Below, piece by piece: positions 19,022 to 29,170 of a stretch of DNA of 43,643 nucleotides. How positions within the stretch are numbered: position 1 is the stretch's first letter; each line of letters opens with the position of its first letter. The notes below the pieces were generated by a model. That model was not told the DNA's origin, ran no database searches, and saw nothing but the letters and a program-made list of their open reading frames with translations. Source of the stretch: a virus. Position numbers and translations under genes: made by a program. The stretch lies in the IMG/VR virus record IMGVR_UViG_3300031630_000008; one strand, given 5' to 3'.

Positions 19022-21123
19022 ATGGCTTACTCTTATGTGTCTTATATCGCCGAAACAGGTCAGACACAGTTCACTATACCTTTTAACTACCTCGATAAAG
19101 AACACGTCAAGGTTATGATTAACGGTGAACTATATGAATCCTTTGGTTGGTTTTCAGACACACAAATTCAAATTCTAGCGGCTACCAATGGTGACCGAAT
19201 ATACATCTCACGGGAGACTTCTCCTGAAGCGCGTTTAGTTGACTTCGTTATACCCGGTCAGCTAACAGAAGAAGACCTCGATACAGCCTTTACTCAGATC
19301 CATAACCTCTCCCAAGAAGCAGTAGACCAATCACAACTAGGTGTCTATGAGGACGTAGCCACTGGCAACTTCTCAGTTAAAGGTAAAACCCTTACAAATA
19401 TCGCAGAACCTGTTGACCCTGCTGATGCTGTAACCAAGGCCTACGTTGATAATATTAATCTAGGCGTAGACTTTAAGTATTCCGACATCTTAACTAAACA
19501 CACAGATGTGTCAGTTAAACACACAGACGTAGTGTTGATACGTGATGAGCTATATGGCTTAACCACGCACATGACTGCGCTTCCTTATGGGGCTACAGGT
19601 TCTGTTGCCTATAACGCAAACACCGGTGAACTTACCTTCTCACTATCTGAAGGACCTCAAGGCCCAATAGGTGCCACAGGTAATGCCGGAGATACAGGAC
19701 CTCAAGGACCCTTTGGTCCTCAAGGTGTTATTGGTCCTGAAGGCCCTCGTGGTATTCAAGGAGAATTAGGTAACACAGGTGCTGTAGGTGACCAAGGTGT
19801 TACAGGTAGCCAAGGCCCCCGTGGCACAGCAGGCCCGTTAGGTCCAACAGGACTTCAAGGTGGTGTTGGTGACGAAGGTCCTCTAGGTGCTACAGGTGAC
19901 ACAGGATCTCAAGGCCCTGAAGGTGGTGACGGCCCAATGGGTCCCGTAGGCGCTTCAGGTTCTCAAGGACCTACAGGTGACACAGGATCTCAAGGCCCTG
20001 AAGGTGGTGATGGTCCGTCAGGCCCAACCGGTCCTCAAGGTACTCAAGGCCTAACCGGTGATACAGGTTCTCAAGGCCCGGTAGGAAGTGAAGGCCCTAT
20101 TGGCGCTATTGGTTCTACAGGTACTCAAGGTCCTACCGGATTGACAGGTTCTCAAGGCCCTGTTGGCGGTGATGGTCCATTAGGCCCTGTTGGTACTCAA
20201 GGTCCTACAGGTGCAACTGGTGACACAGGCCCCCTAGGTCCCGTTGGTGACACAGGCCCCCTAGGTCCTACAGGTTCTCAAGGAACTACAGGCACCACAG
20301 GTGAGACTGGTCCTCAAGGTGTTGTTGGTGATACAGGCCCTCTTGGCCCAACCGGAACACAAGGCCCAACTGGAGCTACAGGCTTCACAGGTGCTCAAGG
20401 TCCTGATGGTGATGACGGTCCGCTAGGTCCGACAGGTTCTCAAGGAACTACTGGACTAACTGGAGCTACAGGAACACAAGGTCCTATCGGTGATTCGGGT
20501 CCTCTAGGCGCTACTGGATCACAAGGTACTCAAGGTATTCAAGGTGCTACTGGCCTACTAGGTGCTACAGGTTTAGATGGTCCATTAGGCCCTGTCGGTC
20601 CTCAAGGTACTCTAGGTGCTACTGGTGATACAGGCATTCAAGGACCTGTTGGAGATGCTGGTCCGTTAGGAGCAACAGGCCCTCAAGGTTCTCTTGGTGC
20701 TACAGGTTTAACGGGTGCTACAGGTGCTACAGGTTTAGACGGTCCATTAGGTCCTATCGGCCCTGTTGGTTCTAAAGGTGCTGTAGGCGACACAGGTTCA
20801 CAAGGACCATTAGGTAACGATGGCCCACTAGGTGCTACAGGATCGCAAGGACCCACAGGTACTACAGGTCCGATTGGTCCATTAGGCCCTCAAGGTATTC
20901 AAGGTGACTTCGGTAACCAAGGCCCTGTCGGCGACCAAGGTCCATTAGGTCCTGTAGGTTCCGTAGGTGACGCTGGTCCATTAGGCCCAACTGCATTAGG
21001 ACTTGCCTTCGGTAACTTCTACATGGACCCAACAACAGGAATGCTAACTATCGAATATTACGGTAGTGCCGCAGACCAAGACTTCTCAATCAATTCTAAC
21101 GGTGAACTAGAGGTAACAATCTA

Positions 21124-21124
<1 letters not shown>
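19022..21124 (+). CDS. Tail fibre protein with a T7 gp17-like N-terminal adaptor and a long collagen-like rod
   Basis: N-terminus [36 protein letters not shown] has the tail-fibre N-domain pattern. It is followed by about 149 G-X-Y triplets and a roughly 44-aa C-terminal tail. Confidence 0.8.
19652..20992 (+). repeat. Collagen-like G-X-Y coding repeat (about 149 triplets)
   Basis: In my reading of the translation, Gly occupies every third residue from [10 protein letters not shown] to GDAGPLGPT with no break. Confidence 0.85.
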
Positions 21125-22758
<1,634 letters not shown>

Positions 22759-22767
22759 GGAGGCAAT

Positions 22768-23394
22768 ATGAGTCAATCAATTGCTTTAGGTAATGTTAGC
22801 ACCACTAACTTTAATGGTAGTGCTGTGCAGAAAATAAACCTCAATGGTGCTCAGATATGGTCAGGCTTGTTTACACAACAAATGACGGTTGGCTCTTGGT
22901 CTACTAATGATAAAATACCTCTAAGCGACTACGGCTTTGGTTACAACTTCTTCAATGACGGAGCAATGTACGGTTACCTTGCCGACTTAACGCCTCAAGG
23001 CCTTAATGGAGCAGAAGTATATGATGTCAGTGATGGTGGTTTAAGTGGTTATACCACTCTTGGAACCCTAAGTCTGGAGGTAGGTGTTCAAGGAGGCGTT
23101 ATGGGTGTAAATGACTTTAGTAAGATGGTACTTAATGGCCGTGAGTGGAATACACATGGGACTCCCGTTGCTTCCACAGACCAACCTACAATTTTGGCAG
23201 GGTCGACCACTGTTGGGTATTCCTCTGGCCAACAAATTATAGACGGCGTGGTCTACTCTACCTATCACTGGGCCTACGATGTTTTAAATGGGGGCCAAGC
23301 TAATCCACAGGATTGCTATTTAGGGAGGCAGCTTGGAAACGTTCAGACTGTTATAGGAGCCGTGGGCGCACAAGTAGGCCTTAGTTTTCAATAA
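22768..23394 (+). CDS. Hypothetical protein, possibly a distal fibre or receptor-binding component
   Basis: 208-aa ORF with a strong SD (AAGGAGG), immediately after the fibre genes. No motif recognised. Confidence 0.45.
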   Translation: MSQSIALGNVSTTNFNGSAVQKINLNGAQIWSGLFTQQMTVGSWSTNDKIPLSDYGFGYNFFNDGAMYGYLADLTPQGLNGAEVYDVSDGGLSGYTTLGTLSLEVGVQGGVMGVNDFSKMVLNGREWNTHGTPVASTDQPTILAGSTTVGYSSGQQIIDGVVYSTYHWAYDVLNGGQANPQDCYLGRQLGNVQTVIGAVGAQVGLSFQ

Positions 23395-23415
23395 CAGTAT
23401 AAAGAGGACATCAAC

Positions 23416-23961
23416 ATGATGTACGCACAATTAATAACAGAAGTCTCACCCGAGGACTTCGACAGGCTATATGCTTCTAGTGAGCCTTATATGCTTGGAG
23501 GAAATCTTGGCCCTAACCTATCCTTAACTAGATCAAGTTTAGGGAGGGTAGAGGCTGATTTGGTGGACAGGGTTAAGTCAAGCTTAAACCTGAAGCTTTT
23601 TGAGATGCTAAGTTCAGACGTTGTGTTTGAACTGCGTGAAGTAGGTACAGATGTATTGTTAATGATACAGAGTGGGACTGTGGATGCCCAAGGAACTTTC
23701 AATGTTGTACTAAGCCTCTTTGCTCCTGATGCTTCTGGGTCACTAGCGTGGGTTCATGCTCCACCAAGTAACTTCGTTGTAGAAGAACTAATGGAACCTA
23801 CAGGAATCCAGCGAATCATCCTTCATCCCCGTGGGGATAACATGGTCAAGTTCATACTTGCTATGGGGGGTACTCGTATATCTGATGGGCCAAAAGGAGT
23901 GCGCTATCGGACCCCTTGGGGCTGGGATGGTTTCCCTGATGATGAGTACGTAGAGCCGTGA
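23416..23961 (+). CDS. Hypothetical protein
   Basis: 181-aa ORF with SD AAGAGGA. No motif recognised. Confidence 0.45.
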   Translation: MMYAQLITEVSPEDFDRLYASSEPYMLGGNLGPNLSLTRSSLGRVEADLVDRVKSSLNLKLFEMLSSDVVFELREVGTDVLLMIQSGTVDAQGTFNVVLSLFAPDASGSLAWVHAPPSNFVVEELMEPTGIQRIILHPRGDNMVKFILAMGGTRISDGPKGVRYRTPWGWDGFPDDEYVEP

Positions 23962-24105
23962 CAGCATACGAATGGATAGTTCCAGCCTCAGAGGAAGTTG
24001 GACTTGGTTGGGGTTGGGAGTTTACGCCCTTAGCCACTGAGTCCCCTTCAATCTCTGTACCACCAATGAAACAACCAGCAACAGGGACTATCTATGGAGG
24101 ATGGT

Positions 24106-24327
24106 ATGGACCAATATAACGAAAGAGTCACTAAGATAGAGTGGAGAGTTGATGGTCATGAGAATGAAATCTCTATCCTCAAGCAAACCTCCACTGACTT
24201 AAAGACAACCCTTGAAATAATCACCATGACTCTCAAGCAAATCAAATGGATTGCTATGGGCGCAGGCGCTGTTGTGTTTGCGGACCAATTAGGAATTATG
24301 GGTGTGCTTAAACTAGCGGCCCTATAA
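24106..24327 (+). CDS. Small protein with a C-terminal transmembrane segment (lysis-region protein)
   Basis: ATG 24106 lies 5 nt after GGAGG. The protein has a coiled-coil-like N-terminus and the hydrophobic C-terminus IAMGAGAVVFADQLGIMGVLKLAAL. Confidence 0.45.
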   Translation: MDQYNERVTKIEWRVDGHENEISILKQTSTDLKTTLEIITMTLKQIKWIAMGAGAVVFADQLGIMGVLKLAAL

Positions 24328-24345
24328 CAAACTAGGAAAAACAAC

Positions 24346-24741
24346 ATGGCATCTCTCAATCCCTTCGCGGGGATTGCTGGGAGTGTCATGGAAGGTCTTG
24401 ATGACCTGTTCACGTCTGACGAAGAGAAAGCGAATGCTACCCTTCGACTGACCGAAGTCCTCCAGAAACCCCACAACTTACAAGCGATGGCAAACATCGA
24501 AGGCGCTAAGCATAGCTCCGTGTTTGTGGCTGGATGGCGTCCTGCAATAGGGTGGGTATGTGCAATTGGTCTTGGTTACCAGTTCCTTATCCTCCCGTTT
24601 GCTGGACTCATCAACGCATTCCATGCATTACCGGCAGAACTCCCCGCTATCCAAGCGGCTGAACTCTCAACTCTCGTCATGTCCCTCCTAGGATTAGGTG
24701 GACTAAGAAGCTACGAGAAAGCTAAAGGAATAACCCGATGA
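24346..24741 (+). CDS. Holin-like membrane protein ('holin of 3 TMs' type by eye)
   Basis: DDLFTSDEEKA...EGAKHSSVFVAGWRPAIGWVCAIGLGYQFLILPF matches the pattern I remember for the GTA/3TM holin family. Several hydrophobic segments. Confidence 0.55.
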   Translation: MASLNPFAGIAGSVMEGLDDLFTSDEEKANATLRLTEVLQKPHNLQAMANIEGAKHSSVFVAGWRPAIGWVCAIGLGYQFLILPFAGLINAFHALPAELPAIQAAELSTLVMSLLGLGGLRSYEKAKGITR

Positions 24742-24980
24742 AAAAAACTAGTGCTGACCTCAAGGGTTCGCTACTTAAATCTTTATGTGACCGGGTAGAG
24801 AACGGTGAGTTAGACCCACGGTCTGGCGAGCAAATACCTGCACCCGCAAGCACACTTAACGCTGCTGTTAACTTTCTAAAGCAGTTCCCACCTGAAGAGA
24901 TGGTTGTCCAGACAGACAATAACCTGTCCGACACCCTTAAGAAGTACACCAACGTAATGCCTATCAAGGCAACTAACTAA
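24738..24980 (+). CDS. Terminase small subunit, T7 gp18-like
   Basis: 80 aa, directly upstream of the large terminase. STLNAAVNFLKQF resembles T7 gp18 QLYNAINKLLDRHKF. The start overlaps the holin stop (ATGA). Confidence 0.55.
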   Translation: MKKTSADLKGSLLKSLCDRVENGELDPRSGEQIPAPASTLNAAVNFLKQFPPEEMVVQTDNNLSDTLKKYTNVMPIKATN

Positions 24981-25022
24981 TCGAGGAGGCTTCACAACCC
25001 CTTCGTTAATCGAGGAGGCTTC
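24978..25022 (+). repeat. 16-bp direct repeat TAATCGAGGAGGCTTC, two copies
   Basis: Exact copies at 24978-24993 and 25007-25022, between the two terminase genes. Confidence 0.8.
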
Positions 25023-25056
25023 GTGCCTCTTCACTACCCATCATTAAGGCAAGCCT

Positions 25057-26952
25057 ATGCTCAACCCCTACATGATTGACGATAAGCCTCACTGGCAAGC
25101 CGCGTTCCCTGAAGAACTATGGCCTGCGTTTGATGACTTTCGTAACTTCCTAGCCATTGTGTGGCACCACCTCGGACTACCGCCCCCAACAGAGGCACAG
25201 TATGAGATAGCCCACCGTCTACAGTACGGTTACGACACAGCTGAAGCTATTGAGTTAGACAATCATCAACTAACCTCGCTGTATGAAAACCCTCGTGAAG
25301 ACATTGTTCGATGCTTCCGTGGCGCAGGTAAATCTTATATCACATCAGCCTTCGCTATATGGCGGCTCATGCGTAACCCCCGTGACGAGAAGATCCTAGT
25401 TGTATCTGCCGCAGGTAGTAAGGCTAAGGAGTTCGTATCGCAGACTAAAGGTATCATCTCATCGATGCCAATCCTCAAGTGGCTTATAGAAGGCGCTCGT
25501 GAGAAAGGAGCTGCACGTAGAGATCAGGCTGACCAGTTCGATGTGTCAGGCAGTTCGTTGTCCCAGAGCTATTCCGTAGCTGCTAGGGGCATCACCTCCC
25601 AGATTACAGGTAGTCGTGCTACGTTACTGATCGCAGACGATATCGAGGTAGAGAAGAACTCCCTCACAGAGGAAGCCCGACAGAGAATCGTTAGGGTCGT
25701 ACAGTCTGACTTCGTGCCTATCACCAAGACAGAGCATGGTAAGGGTGACATCATCCTATTGGGTACACCACAGACCGAAGAGTCTATCTACAACGTACTC
25801 GTTAAGGCCATGCAGTTCCGGACATTCACAATCCCAGTACGTTATCCCACAGTAGACAAGTTGAAGAACTACGTGCTACGTGACGAGTTAACAGGTGAGG
25901 ATGTAAACATCTTAGCGCCTTACCTAAAGCGTAAGCATGCTAATGGTCTACTAGAGAATGGTCAGGTAACTGATACTCGCTTCGGTCATGACGAGATGGT
26001 CGCCATCGAGTCTAAGGGTAGAGCTACATACGCCCTACAGTACATGCTCGATACGAGTCTGTCTGATGCTGAGCGTTATCCATTACGTCAGTTCGACTTG
26101 GTTGTGTTCTCTACTAACCCCGTCAAGGCACCCTTGCAGGTACAGTGGGGTCGTGACAGTGATAAGAAGAATCAGATCAGAGACATTAGTAACCTAGGGT
26201 TCTCTGGTGACCACTTCTTAAGGCCTCTCTTCACTGATACTGAGTGGGAAGCTTATGACGGTACGGTGCTATTCGTTGACCCCGCAGGTCGTGGTAAGGA
26301 TGAAACAGCATGGGCCATTGTGTCTACACTGAATGGCATCATGTACGTCCTCCATGTAGGTGGCCTTAAGGGTGACCCAGCAGAAGCCATGCAGCAGATC
26401 GCTATAGATGCTAAACGTTTCTCAGTTAACGTGGTAGAGGTAGAACCTAACTACGGACAGGGACTATGGGTTACTTCATTCGGTCCTATCCTTCAGAAGG
26501 TCTGGCCCGGCGGTTGTACTGTGCAGGAATCTGAATGGGCTAAGGGTCATAAGGAAGGGCGTATCATCGATACCCTTGAGCCTGTCATGACGCAGCACCG
26601 TTTAGTGATGGATGAAGCTCTCATACGTTCCGATGTCAAGAATACAGACCATGTGTACTCCCTTATGTACCAGCTTACACACATTACTCGTGACCGTGGA
26701 TGCTTAAAGCATGACGATAGGGTGGATGCGTTAGCAGGTGCTGTTGCTTACTGGCAGAAGTCGATGGGTCAATCCGTAGATGAAGCTCGTCAAGGTGTCC
26801 TAGACTCCCGGTGGGAGCAGGAGATTGAAGACTTTATGGAGATGGCACAGGGTGGTTTCGCAGGCAGGGAACTAGGTAGCAACGTAGTGTCTATCAGAGG
26901 CCGTAGGAGGACGGATGGCAGTCGTTCAGTTATAACCCAACGCGATGTATAG
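25057..26952 (+). CDS. Terminase large subunit, T7 gp19-like
   Basis: Walker A FRGAGKSY, LIADDIE (Walker B-like), a nuclease-region motif VDPAGRGKDETAW, plus size and position. Confidence 0.9.
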   Translation: MLNPYMIDDKPHWQAAFPEELWPAFDDFRNFLAIVWHHLGLPPPTEAQYEIAHRLQYGYDTAEAIELDNHQLTSLYENPREDIVRCFRGAGKSYITSAFAIWRLMRNPRDEKILVVSAAGSKAKEFVSQTKGIISSMPILKWLIEGAREKGAARRDQADQFDVSGSSLSQSYSVAARGITSQITGSRATLLIADDIEVEKNSLTEEARQRIVRVVQSDFVPITKTEHGKGDIILLGTPQTEESIYNVLVKAMQFRTFTIPVRYPTVDKLKNYVLRDELTGEDVNILAPYLKRKHANGLLENGQVTDTRFGHDEMVAIESKGRATYALQYMLDTSLSDAERYPLRQFDLVVFSTNPVKAPLQVQWGRDSDKKNQIRDISNLGFSGDHFLRPLFTDTEWEAYDGTVLFVDPAGRGKDETAWAIVSTLNGIMYVLHVGGLKGDPAEAMQQIAIDAKRFSVNVVEVEPNYGQGLWVTSFGPILQKVWPGGCTVQESEWAKGHKEGRIIDTLEPVMTQHRLVMDEALIRSDVKNTDHVYSLMYQLTHITRDRGCLKHDDRVDALAGAVAYWQKSMGQSVDEARQGVLDSRWEQEIEDFMEMAQGGFAGRELGSNVVSIRGRRRTDGSRSVITQRDV

Positions 26953-27385
26953 GTAGGGTGGACGGGGTGTTAGACGGTGCGTGAGGCGGTGGTGAGGCGG
27001 GAGGGTGCTTTCAATTTTACGGGAAGATTCGTAAGGTCATATATCCCCTCGCGCACACTAACGCTACCCCCCGCCTACCCCCTCGGCTTGGACACAACGA
27101 TGGCTCAAATCGGATGGGTGGGGGTGGGCCTCAAGGCTTGCTAATTGCTCATCAAATCACTAGCTAACAGACATTAGACAGACAGTAACGCGCACCGTTA
27201 AGCGTATCGCCTGCTATTGGTGGGCTTTATCGTTACTAGCAGTGTTGTATATAGATTTAGTGTATTTAATTTGATACTCATTTGATCGCTATTGTATGGG
27301 ATGGAGGCGTTACGGCGTGGGCGTTTCGCTCTGATTCGGTTAGCTCAAACACTTGCACACCACTGTTTTTTCGTTTCGTGCACTG

Positions 27386-27415
27386 TTGACAAAGGTTTAC
27401 TGTATGCGCTCTAAT
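27386..27415 (+). promoter_or_regulatory. Candidate host sigma70-type early promoter
   Basis: TTGACA (27386-27391), an 18-nt spacer, then TCTAAT (27410-27415). Located in the long non-coding region upstream of the first early gene. Confidence 0.45.
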
Positions 27416-27457
27416 GGATTTCTCGCCGAAACGCGACCGCTCTTTGACAATAAACGA

Positions 27458-27499
27458 GTTTATCAGGCCGGCATTGCCTAACAGTGCCGCCGAGTAAAC
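27458..27499 (+). promoter_or_regulatory. Conserved imperfect hairpin in an early leader (RNase III-type site candidate), copy 1
   Basis: GTTTA/TAAAC lower stem, a 3x3 internal loop, and a 10-bp upper stem with one bulge. Followed by the AAACGTA...AAAAGGAAGCA leader and ATG 27541. Confidence 0.5.
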
Positions 27500-27540
27500 C
27501 CGCAGTAACTAAACGTATCAAACTAAAAGGAAGCATAACC

Positions 27541-28392
27541 ATGTTAAAGAAAACTGACTTTTCAGCATTCGACACCTATAACCTAATGACTAAAGCCGCT
27601 CTGATGCGCTTAGCTCGCGAGTATGAGGTTAAAGGGTCGCTCTTTGCAGATCCACTAAGCAATCCAAAGGTAGCAAAGAACGCCAAGGAAAACGGCGTGT
27701 TAACCTTCCCGTTACACTTAGCGCCATCTAATGTGAGTGGTTACAATACCTGTGCCATGGCTTCTGACGGCTGCAAAGAGGCATGCTTAAACACTGCAGG
27801 TAACCCAATGTATGCCGCAGGTAAAGAGGCCGCGAGAACGGCTAAGACGCGCTTATACTTCGAGAACCGCCCATTGTTTGTCGCTCTGCTAATCAAGGAA
27901 GTTATATCCGCTCGCACTAAAGCAGCCAAGCTAAACATGGCCCTAGCGTTTAGACCTAACGCAACTAGTGATATTAAATGGGAAGTGTCAAAGGTTAACC
28001 ATGTGGGCGTTTTCATGACTGTTATTGAGCTAATCCATTCGGCAGCGCCAGAAGCTACCATCTACGACTATACAAAAGTGCCAAACCGTAACGTGCCAGG
28101 TTATTACTCGTTAACGTTTAGTTTATCTGAAAACAACGATGCGTTAGCAGCTGGCGAACTGTCACGCGGTCGTAACGTGGCGGCAGTGTTCACCACTAAG
28201 CGCAACCAACCATTACCAACCCATTACACAATTAACGGCGTTACCGCCACTGTGATCGATGGGGATCTAACCGACTATAGGCCAGAAGATAAGCAGGGTG
28301 TTATTGTTGGGCTACGTGCCAAGGGTGACGCGATAGGCGACACCTCCGGTTTTGTACGTCCAGAACACCAAACCACTTTTCTAGCCGCTTAA
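27541..28392 (+). CDS. Early protein with a Cys cluster (C-x6-C-x3-C); possibly the phage 'GP88'-type family
   Basis: ATG 27541 follows the shared RBS AAAAGGAAGCA. The GTG 27484 extension would translate the conserved leader and was rejected. Motif NPKVAKN...LHLAPSNVSGYNTCAMASDGCKEACLNTAGN...IYDYTK. Confidence 0.6.
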   Translation: MLKKTDFSAFDTYNLMTKAALMRLAREYEVKGSLFADPLSNPKVAKNAKENGVLTFPLHLAPSNVSGYNTCAMASDGCKEACLNTAGNPMYAAGKEAARTAKTRLYFENRPLFVALLIKEVISARTKAAKLNMALAFRPNATSDIKWEVSKVNHVGVFMTVIELIHSAAPEATIYDYTKVPNRNVPGYYSLTFSLSENNDALAAGELSRGRNVAAVFTTKRNQPLPTHYTINGVTATVIDGDLTDYRPEDKQGVIVGLRAKGDAIGDTSGFVRPEHQTTFLAA

Positions 28393-28419
28393 ATCCAGTA
28401 AACATACGTTAAAGGAATC

Positions 28420-28566
28420 ATGACAATGAATCTACCAGACAGCATAACAATAGGATCTATTGAGTTTTTAGCCCATACGTGGCCCCTAGTGTTTGGCCTT
28501 CCGGCCTTCTTAATTCTATCTGCCTTCGTGGGTGTTCTCTACGAAGTCGCCAGCAGGGAGCAATAG
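28420..28566 (+). CDS. Possible 48-aa membrane protein
   Basis: AAAGGAA RBS 3 nt upstream of the ATG. Hydrophobic core WPLVFGLPAFLILSAFVGVLY. Below the ORF-track size cut-off. Confidence 0.35.
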   Translation: MTMNLPDSITIGSIEFLAHTWPLVFGLPAFLILSAFVGVLYEVASREQ

Positions 28567-28616
28567 CCATGCAATTAGAATTATTTCCAGAGGCTGAACA
28601 ACTAGAACTCTTTTGA

Positions 28617-28657
28617 GTTTATCAGGTGGTTTTCAGTACGAGAGCCACCGAGTAAAC
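28617..28657 (+). promoter_or_regulatory. Conserved imperfect hairpin in an early leader, copy 2
   Basis: Same lower stem, internal loop and GG/CC as copy 1. The upper stem sequence differs but still pairs (GGTGGTTT / GAGCCACC). Confidence 0.5.
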
Positions 28658-28683
28658 CAAACGTAAAACAAAAGGAAGCAATC

Positions 28684-28872
28684 ATGAGAGCTACAAGCAT
28701 TAATGTGAGCTATTACAAAACTGTCGAGGCAATCACTCAGGCTATTCATTCTATCGAAAATGACAGTGCGAACTATCATGGGGATTGGTTAAGAGGTGGC
28801 CCCGATATAACGCTAAAAGAAGGGGCTAAAAAGAAATTAGCCGCACTGCATAAGAATCTAAACCAAACGTAA
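28684..28872 (+). CDS. Early hypothetical protein (62 aa)
   Basis: Shared RBS AAAAGGAAGCA. No motif. Confidence 0.5.
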   Translation: MRATSINVSYYKTVEAITQAIHSIENDSANYHGDWLRGGPDITLKEGAKKKLAALHKNLNQT

Positions 28873-28891
28873 AACAAAAGGAAGTATAAAG

Positions 28892-29170
28892 ATGATCGTA
28901 ATTACAGCCATCAACAAAACCCATCAAGCCACCGTTAACCGCATGTATATAGCGGATCGTAAATATTCGGACCTTGTGAATGCTAACGATGTAATAGCGG
29001 ATACCGGCGAGTTTGAATACCCAGAAGATAACAAGCTGTATCGCCAAGGCATGGTTAGGCAGGAGAGGGCTTTTGACACGTTTATAACGCACTGGGACAC
29101 ATTGCCTAAGCGTGAACAAAAGAACGCTGAACGCCAGTACAAAGCCATCCACGGCTATTCAATGAACTAG
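28892..29170 (+). CDS. Early hypothetical protein (92 aa)
   Basis: Shared leader AAACCAAACGTAAAACAAAAGGAAGTA. No motif. Confidence 0.5.
   Translation: MIVITAINKTHQATVNRMYIADRKYSDLVNANDVIADTGEFEYPEDNKLYRQGMVRQERAFDTFITHWDTLPKREQKNAERQYKAIHGYSMN

Noticed and set aside
23958-24119. A 53-codon GTG-started ORF (VTAYEWIVPASEEVGLGWGWEF...) overlapping the upstream stop as GTGA.
   Set aside because: It has the same coupling geometry as nrdB, but no SD, no motif and very small size. It overlaps the next gene start. It was left uncalled as a feature and is mentioned only in the lysis-region finding.
27114-27129. G-quadruplex-forming potential of GGATGGGTGGGGGTGGG.
   Set aside because: It has only three clear G3+ runs without splitting the G5 run. 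This is too marginal to call from sequence alone. It is reported only as part of the G/C-tract block.
28569-28616. A 15-codon ORF MQLELFPEAEQLELF with an internal QLELF repeat.
   Set aside because: It has no SD. Its 3' end is the AACTCTTTTGAGTT palindrome, so the repeat is more likely a nucleic-acid-level signal than a peptide.
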